Shown: positions 56,910 to 64,000 of the stretch, in pieces | Layout of the letters: each line of letters begins with the position of its first letter | How positions within the stretch are numbered: position 1 is the stretch's first letter | NCBI GenBank assembly: GCA_032718475.1 | Contig: JAUCBJ010007806.1 | Coordinates: 62,001 to 126,000 of the forward strand | Source of the DNA: Nemertoderma westbladi | Taxonomy: Eukaryota > Animalia > Xenacoelomorpha | Reading direction: 5' to 3' | Length of the DNA stretch: 64,000 nt | The notes under the pieces: generated by a model | The model's input: only the letters and a program-made list of their open reading frames with translations | The model's database searches: none | What the model was told of the DNA's origin: nothing | Position numbers and translations under genes: made by a program

Positions 56910-58474
56910 GGCAGTGATTTTTTATGTCCTTTTATTTGACTTTTTTTGTCATTTTTTTTTTACGAATTATGCATAATGACTTTTGTTGTCCTTTTAATGA
57001 CTTTTATTGTCCATTTAATGACTTTTTATGTATGTATTTCTTCAAACTGTCAGACTGCTGATTTCTGGACTGTCAGACAGTTGATTTCACTATGCCCTGA
57101 TGCCTGTGCCAAAACATTCCATGATTCCATGATTTATAGACTATGAGATAGATTTCCATATGCGCCTGTGGTAAAAAGACTCTATATTTAATAGTTTGTG
57201 GTTGTTGTCGATAATAGATTACCACATGACGTAGCAAAACACTCATTTTATAGCCAAAAACAATTACCAATTGATGGAAAGGAGCAGGTTAAGGCCGAGT
57301 TTTCTAACCAAAACAATAAACAGTCAGTTTACCAAATCAGGGAAAGGAGCAGGTTACAGAGACGGGATTTTCTAACCAAAACAATAAACGATCACTTAAC
57401 TAATTGAGGGAAAGGAGCAGGTTACAGAGGCGGGATTTTCTAACCAAAACAATAAACGATCACTTAACTAATTGAGGGAAAGGAGCAGGTTACAGAGGAG
57501 GGATTTTCTAACCAAAACAATAAACGATCATTTAACTAATTGAGGGAAAGGGGCAGGTTACAGAGGCGGGCCCTTCTAACCAAAACAATAAACGGTCACT
57601 TTATCAATTCAGGGAAAGGAGCAGGTTACAGAGGCGGGATTTTCTAACCAAAACAATAAACGATCATTTAACTAATTGAGGGAAAGGGGCAGGTTACAGA
57701 GGCGGGATTTTCTAACCAAAACAATAAACGATCATTTAACTAATTGAGGGAAAGGAGCAGGTTACAGAGACGGGATTTTCTAACCAAAACAATAAACGAT
57801 AACATTACCAATTGAGAGAAAGGAGCAGGTTACAGAGGCGGGATTTTCTAACCAAAACAATAAACGATAACATTACCAATTGAGGGAAAGGAGCAGGTTA
57901 CAGAGGCGGGATTTTCTAACCAAAACAATAAACGATCACTTAAATAATTGGGGGAAAGGAGCAGGTTAAGGCCGGATTTTCTAACCAAAACAATAAAGAG
58001 TCACTTTACCAAATTAGGGAAAGGAGCAGGTTATCCGTAACACTACTCAGACAGTAGTCATGATCCATTATTGATTATAAAACTAATACAGTAATAGGCC
58101 TAAATTATGTGAAAGGTATATCCACATTTTCCACAATCCTGCAATCCAGTTTGGCCTATCAATTATTTAAAATTTATTAGCACAACCGGTAGGCCTACCA
58201 TCACCGTATTTAAATGGTAGGCTACACAGTAGGCCTATAGCAGTACCGGTGCCGGTACCGGTACTAAAATACAGAAATACCTGCTTTATACCTACATCTG
58301 TACATACAATACAGCAAAATAGTGCTATATATACTAATACCGGTACTGATAGCCTGAGAGAACAGCAGTAGAGAAACCGGTAGCATGGAACCTAACTTTA
58401 GACTTTTGGAGGACATAAAAAATCAAAAAAAAAGGACAAAAAAAGGATTTAAACGGACAGTAAAAATTATTGCG
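56910..58474. mobile_element. Non-autonomous TIR DNA transposon (~1.56 kb), 9-bp TSD, Mutator-like
   Basis: Direct repeat TTCTACTAA at 56901-56909 and 58475-58483; the uninterrupted paralogous unit at 56818-56826 has it only once, giving an empty site. Imperfect TIRs of ~50 bp: GGCAGTGATTTTTTATGTCCTTTTA... versus reverse complement CGCAATAATTTTTACTGTCCGTTTA.... No transposase ORF. Superfamily inferred from TSD length only. Confidence 0.72.
57265..58033. repeat. 68-bp minisatellite, about 11 copies, inside the TIR element
   Basis: Unit GGGAAAGGAGCAGGTTACAGAGGCGGGATTTTCTAACCAAAACAATAAACGATCACTTAACTAATTGA starting at 57340, 57408, 57476, 57544 and so on; outer copies more diverged. Confidence 0.96.
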
Positions 58475-58526
58475 TTCTACTAACAGTGATGGAGGGTAAT
58501 ATTTACAGTAGTTTATTGTTACTTAC

Positions 58527-59129
58527 ACTGAACTATTAACTCAATAGTGAATGACTCTGTAATAGTTGATAAATCATAAAACGTATATTCGGCTTTAGTT
58601 GTGTAAATCCCTGAAGATCTTTTATTTATATCGATATTTCTAACTTCATCTCCAAGGGTTAAGAAGTTGCCACTCCAAATATAACCAACATATATATTGC
58701 ATCCATCCCCATCTGGAATCCACTTTACCTCTATTGGGTCGTTATGAACTTCCAAACTTCTATTTAATTGTATTGAATCTCCAGTATAAGTATTACCACC
58801 AACATCCAGTTTCAGATCACAATATTCTACAGTTACCGGTACCACTGGGCTTTCCTTTCTCCCTTCCCCACTGTCGTTGCTGTACTGACCAGTAAACTCG
58901 CACTTATAATCACCTCCATCGTCTGCGCGTAAAGGGTCTAGTGTAAATGTTGATGATGGTTCAGTAACTATAGCTGCATCACCAGTAACATCTTTACTAC
59001 CAACATACCAGGACCAACTTGGGTTTGGTTCCACATTGTAGTCGTCGGCCGAACATTTTAATTCCAATGTTTCGCCTTTTTTCTTTTTAATCGGAACGTC
59101 GGGGTTAATGTTTATCCTAGACGGCAAAT
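58527..59129 (-). CDS. Coding exon 2 of an immunoglobulin-superfamily protein (two Ig-like domains)
   Basis: Acceptor ttgttacAG (59131-59130) and donor GTAAGT (58526-58521); 603 nt, symmetric phase 1. Joins exon 1 in frame as ...IEVQ-Y-LPSRINI. First domain canonical: GETLELKC...WSWY...FTL...DDGGDYKC...VTVEY. Second domain: YIW...SSGIYTT...IELIVQ. Confidence 0.9.
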
Positions 59130-59855
59130 CTGTAACAATAATATTAATATTAGTAATATAACTTAGATGTAAAACTTTTAGATACATTATAATAACAATG
59201 TTAATTGTTATATATTGTAATAGCTTGATCGTTAAACGGGAATATTGTTGACACTTTTTTTGGTTACTTATCTAAATAAATAATTACCCTGTAGTGGTTA
59301 ATGTAAGCCAATATAGCCAATCTCGTTTAGTGATCTTTCTTTAGGCAAATCTAAGTAATACTGTGGATACAAAATAATATAAATGGTGGATGGATGATTG
59401 CTTATTATTAACTACAGTATATATTTATTATATTTATTATAAAATTTATTATATTTATTACTTATTCTAATATTTATTACAAATTGTGCACCTGTAACAT
59501 TATAAGTAAATTCATTATTATATTAAATAAGTTAAGTTATAATTTTCCTTTTATTTTTTTGTTTCGCTTTTTGGCATTCCTTCTTACTTTATATATGCAG
59601 TTACATTAAGATTACAATTATTTAAGATTGCAATTAAGATTACAATGTGTAACGTAATAATATTTTACAAGGCTTATGATTTAAATAGTTAATATTAATT
59701 AAAATTTATTTATACATAATAAGGTTATAAATAGTTTAGGTTGTACAACAACGCAAACACAATTATAAAATCTTAACATAATTACAAATTTTGGTTCTAC
59801 ATATTTAATATTTTAATTATTATAAATTATAATATTTATTATTTATTTTAATATT

Positions 59856-60150
59856 TAAACAAATCTGGTACAGATAGAGTATTTAACCAGAGATTTAAGA
59901 GTTTTGGTGATCTAATTATAGAAGAATTCCTCAAGTTGTGCAACACTGGAGGCGGACATTGCTGCTCTTAACAAAGTCGATTGATCTAATCTAATAGCAC
60001 AATCTTGTAGAAAATGCGACTCGGATTCAGGATCACAACATAAACAGGCACAATCATCAATGTCACGGTCTGCTTCTCGCCAATCTGCTTCTCATAAGAG
60101 TCAGGTTTTTCCCTAACCCAGCAGCAAACCGAGAACAAAGGATTCAGGCT
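59856..60150 (-). mobile_element. 3'-terminal fragment of a LINE ORF2 (C-terminal CCHC knuckle), degenerate, in intron 1
   Basis: Manual minus-strand translation gives LGKNLTLMRSRLA, a frameshift, then DWREADRDIDDCACLCCDPESESHFLQDC...*...LKSLVKY. This matches the C-x2-C...E-x-E-x-HFL-x2-C end of non-LTR ORF2. Higher GC than the surrounding intron. Confidence 0.5.
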
Positions 60151-60794
60151 AAATTCATGGGTGTAAGTGACGGCAACTGGTTTGATTATATTAGATAATC
60201 GTACAAGATATTATTATAAAATATAAATCAGTTTTTCTGACTCAAATCGTCTTAAAATTTGATTTTCTAAATATGTTGTTTTCAATATTGACGCCTTTTC
60301 TACTTTTACCGCGAAATGGGCAAAAAAATATATATGTTATGTATTACCGATAGTGCAATATCTTACTATCTAAGTTTTGTAATATTAAACCAACTGAATT
60401 ACGTCTCCCATGTAATGATATTTCTGTCTGTACGGGAACCACTTCCATTCCGGGGGAAGCCCACATTTTCGCCGTCTTTGCCAATTTCACCCCCCCCCCC
60501 CCAACAAAAAAAAATCAATAATATTTCAATAATAATATAATTTGTGCATATAGTGCGGTGTGGCGTTGGGGCCACCAAGAATACTAACTTACTCAAAACA
60601 TTTATATATCATATCGCAATTTCTATCACTTTATTTCTTATTTACGGGTTATTTTATTGTTAGCTTTAGGCCTAGTGTTAATTGTGATAATTATTGAACA
60701 GTGTCGTACTTAAGTTTCGGTCAAGGAGTAGGATAAACCATCAAGGTAAAAATGTATAAACATTCAAAATGATACGTTAAAAAACGCAAAAGTT

Positions 60795-61207
60795 TGGTAC
60801 ATACACATGGTACACACACATGTTACACACACATGGTACACACACATGGTACATACACATGGTACACACACATGGTACACACACACATGGTACACACACA
60901 TGGTTCACACACACATGGTACACACACATGGTTCACACACATGGTACACACACATGTTACACACACATGGTACACACACATGGTACACACACATGTTACA
61001 CACACATGGTACACACACATGGTACATACACATGGTACACACACATGGTACACACACATGGTACACACACATGGTACACACACATGGTACACACACACAT
61101 GGTACACACACATGGTTCACACACATGGTACACACACATGGTACACACACATGGTACATACACATGGTACACACACATGGTACACACACACATGGTACAC
61201 ACACATG
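60795..61207. repeat. 13-bp (CATGGTACACACA)n minisatellite, about 30 copies, in intron 1
   Basis: Directly visible, with 11/13/15-bp units from CA slippage; it explains the HT/CV-rich spurious ORFs at 60794-61288. Confidence 0.97.
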
Positions 61208-61862
61208 AAAGTAGATAATATGAAGGAGGGGTTATGGTATAATGAAGGCATGAGAATTGGAAAGGAAATTGTTAATATAGTTCATTGATTACATAAGTGA
61301 ATGTTAAAATAACAAGGAAGAACATGCGAGCCTAGTGAGCGGAAAATTTTAAAAAGAGGTTTAAATTGAGGTTTTGCACATTTAAATCGACCTTTTCAAC
61401 CATTAATATTTTGATAAAACTAATTGCTTTACTTTACATGTCGGTATATAACAGTCGCTACACCTCTCTCTGCAGTAATACAATACTGCAGGAAAACGTT
61501 TTACTGGTTTAATGGTTTTACTGGTTAAATAGCTCTGTAGAGCTATGGCCTAGTCTAACTTGTGCTATGGTTTGTGCTTACGTGAGAAAATGTAAATTAA
61601 CGATTAATTAAATGTAAATGTATGTAAAAAATACATTGTACATGTAAAAAAAAAAGAAAAAATACTCGAAAATTTCAAAAACTACCACTTCTTTCCCCAT
61701 TTTGGACTTCACTTTTCATGTCATTTTCCGGCTTGGCTTCCTCAGAATGCCTTCGGCCGTGGCAGAAACCCCAGCCTACAGTCTGATGTTCACTGACACT
61801 GACCGTATGTAACTAAATATGTTGTAACATAATATAACCTTTAGTGGATATCTCAAACTTAC

Positions 61863-62703
61863 ATTGAACTTCGATCGTAGTGGCACAGGATTTATCCTCT
61901 TCTATAGCTCTATTCCTCGCCTTACATATAAACTCTGCCCCATTATCTCCACGACTTAGATCTCTATTTATACTCAGTGTATCTTCTGGTTCAGTTACGA
62001 CTCCACCAATAGCATCTCCGTTACTATACCAACTCCATGTAGAATCTCCTGATGTACTTCCAGCTACCGGTACCGGTACCCAATCCGATAACTTACAGTT
62101 TAATGTAGCTGAACTGCCTTCTATATAAGTACAACTCGGTACATCGCAGCTACACTTTGGTTTAGTATCAGCTTTACATTGGGGTGGAAGAGTTATTATA
62201 AGTGGGTAAGCTGTCTGATCGGATATGGCCGGGTTGTCTTGGAGATTTTCCGAATGCGTACTAGTAATCCAATGTATTATTTTTATCTCAAATACCTCCG
62301 GTATAGATTCAATACCAGGAGGATTCAACCCAACAGTTATATTTCCTTCAGCTCCGGCTGTGTTGCTACTTATATATTCTGTTGTATTCCAACCCTCACA
62401 ATTGATATCATTATTATTAATGTCGCAATCATCTCTATTGGTGTTGACTTTATTCCGCACACGTATGTTATCACCTTTACCATCCTTAGCAATAACCATT
62501 AAATCTAATACATCGGGAACACCCAATGTACTTTGGGCCGCAATAATAAAATCAACTTGTACTCTAATACTATTTCTTTCTTCTTTCCGTAAACATTCTC
62601 TAGTAAATTTAGATCCATCTGGTTCGACTAGAATATATCCATTATACTTTAACCCCAGAATAACATCAGTTAGACTTAGTAATATTATTATATATAATTT
62701 CAT
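61863..62703 (-). CDS. First coding exon of an immunoglobulin-superfamily secreted or cell-surface protein (signal peptide, atypical N-terminal domain, Ig domain)
   Basis: ATG at 62703 followed by a signal-like peptide MKLYIIILLSLTDVILG. 841 nt open up to a GTAAGT donor (61862-61857), phase 1. Ig motifs EGSSATLNC...WSWY...TLSI...DNGAEFICKARN...TIEVQ. N-glycosylation sequons NTT and NIT. A possible acceptor (tttacAG, 62746-62745) suggests an upstream UTR exon. Confidence 0.9.
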
Positions 62704-63091
62704 GATGTAAACTCAATGTTTCTTGTTCAAATAAAATAATCAATCTGTAAAGTTCATCTTATTATACTGTAGGCCCTACATGATGCCTCCTAGAACTTTG
62801 TAGGCCAACTATTAAACATGATTAGAGTCTAAAAGATGGCTAGATAGTTGTAGGGTATATTATACCTATACCGTAGGGATTAATGGATATACGCGGAGGC
62901 CCTATTACAATGGGATTTATATTATTTGTACAAATTTATATATATTATTATTATTACTGGCGAGGATGCGCAGACCAGACGAGCTGGCATTTATTTATTT
63001 ATTCTTGAAAATATAAAATTAAAATTAGGTCGTGGCAAATAAAATAAATAAGACGCATCACCAAGACTCAAAATTAAAATTTAAATAACAT

Positions 63092-64000
63092 GGAAATTGT
63101 AAAGAAATTACGGAAATGGTAAAGAAATTACGGAAATGGTAAAGAAATTACGGAAATGGTAAAGAAATTACGGAAATGGTAAAGAAATTACGGAAATGGT
63201 AAAGAAATTACGAAAATGGTAAAGAAATTACGGAAATGGTAAAGAAATTACGGAAATGGTAAAGAAATTAAGGAAATGGTAAAGAAATTACGGAAATGGT
63301 AAAGAAATTACGGAAATGGTAAAGAAATTAAGGAAATGGTAAAGAAATTACGGAAATGGTAAAGAAATTACGGAAATGGTAAAGAAATTACGGAAATGGT
63401 AAAGAAATTAAGGAAATGGTAAAGAAATTACGGAAATGGTAAAGAAATTAAGGAAATGGTAAAGAAATTACGGAAATGGTAAAGAAATTACGGAAAGGTA
63501 AAGAAATTACGGAAATGGTAAAGAAATTACGGAAATGGTAAAGAAATTACGGAAATGGTAAAGAAATTACGGAAATGGTAAAGAAATTACGGAAATGGTA
63601 AAGAAATTACGGAAATGGTAAAGAAATTACGGAAATGGTAAAGAAATTACGGAAATGGTAAAGAAATTACGGAAATGGTAAAGAAATTACGGAAATGGTA
63701 AAGAAATTACGGAAATGGTAAAGAAATTAAGGAAATGGTAAAGAAATTACGGAAATGGTAAAGAAATTACGGAAATGGTAAAGAAATTACGGAAATGGTA
63801 AAGAAATTACGGAAATGGTAAAGAAATTTCGGAAATGGTAAAGAAATTACGGAAATGGTAAAGAAATTACGGAAATGGTAAAGAAATTACGGAAATGGTA
63901 AAGAAATTAAGGAAATGGTAAAGAAATTACGGAAATGGTAAAGAAATTACGGAAATGGTAAAGAAATTACGGAAATGGTAAAGAAATTTCGGAAATGGTA
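63092..64000. repeat. 20-bp minisatellite (GGAAATGGTAAAGAAATTAC)n, at least 45 copies, truncated by the right window edge
   Basis: Near-perfect tandem copies with occasional C>A or A>T changes and one 1-bp deletion at ~63497; begins ~390 bp upstream of the Ig gene ATG. Confidence 0.98.

Noticed and set aside
56332-57407. Short ORFs (56332-56640 -, 56946-57146 +, 57073-57270 -, 57198-57407 +) as genes or a transmembrane exon 3
   Set aside because: They lie in T-rich transposon or minisatellite sequence; hydrophobicity is compositional and I found no convincing phase-1 exon boundaries.
58090-58385. Cluster of short palindromes (TAGGCCTA, ACCGGT, GGTACC) as a regulatory site
   Set aside because: They also occur elsewhere in the unique region and look like background motif bias; no specific function can be supported.
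60794-61288. His/Thr-rich or Cys/Val-rich metal-binding proteins
   Set aside because: Six overlapping ORFs generated by the 13-bp minisatellite inside intron 1.
61880-62710. Plus-strand ORFs of 82, 107 and 161 aa
   Set aside because: Antisense shadows of the Ig exon with no independent features.
63092-64000. Telomeric repeat
   Set aside because: The 20-bp unit does not match TTAGGG or TTAGG-type repeats; it reaches the window edge only because the window is cut there.

Overview
This is AT-rich eukaryotic (metazoan, probably invertebrate) genomic DNA, not prokaryotic. Positions 1-54785 are one head-to-tail satellite of a 45-bp monomer (about 1,200 copies, running off the left edge). Almost all ORFs in the supplied track are by-products of that monomer being 15 stop-free codons in one frame on each strand. 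The remaining ~9 kb holds two well-supported minus-strand exons (61863-62703 and 58527-59129, GT-AG, phase 1) of a signal-peptide-bearing immunoglobulin-superfamily protein with unusual cysteine patterns. No further exon is recognisable in the window, so the satellite may sit inside a very large intron. Around these exons are two decayed LINE fragments, a non-autonomous DNA transposon with a 9-bp TSD, a tandem triplication of the exon-2 splice donor, and three minisatellites (68, 13 and 20 bp units). The best leads are the atypical Ig gene, its duplicated donor, and an IRF/PRDM1-type motif repeated in most satellite monomers. I cannot demonstrate a new biological system from the sequence alone.
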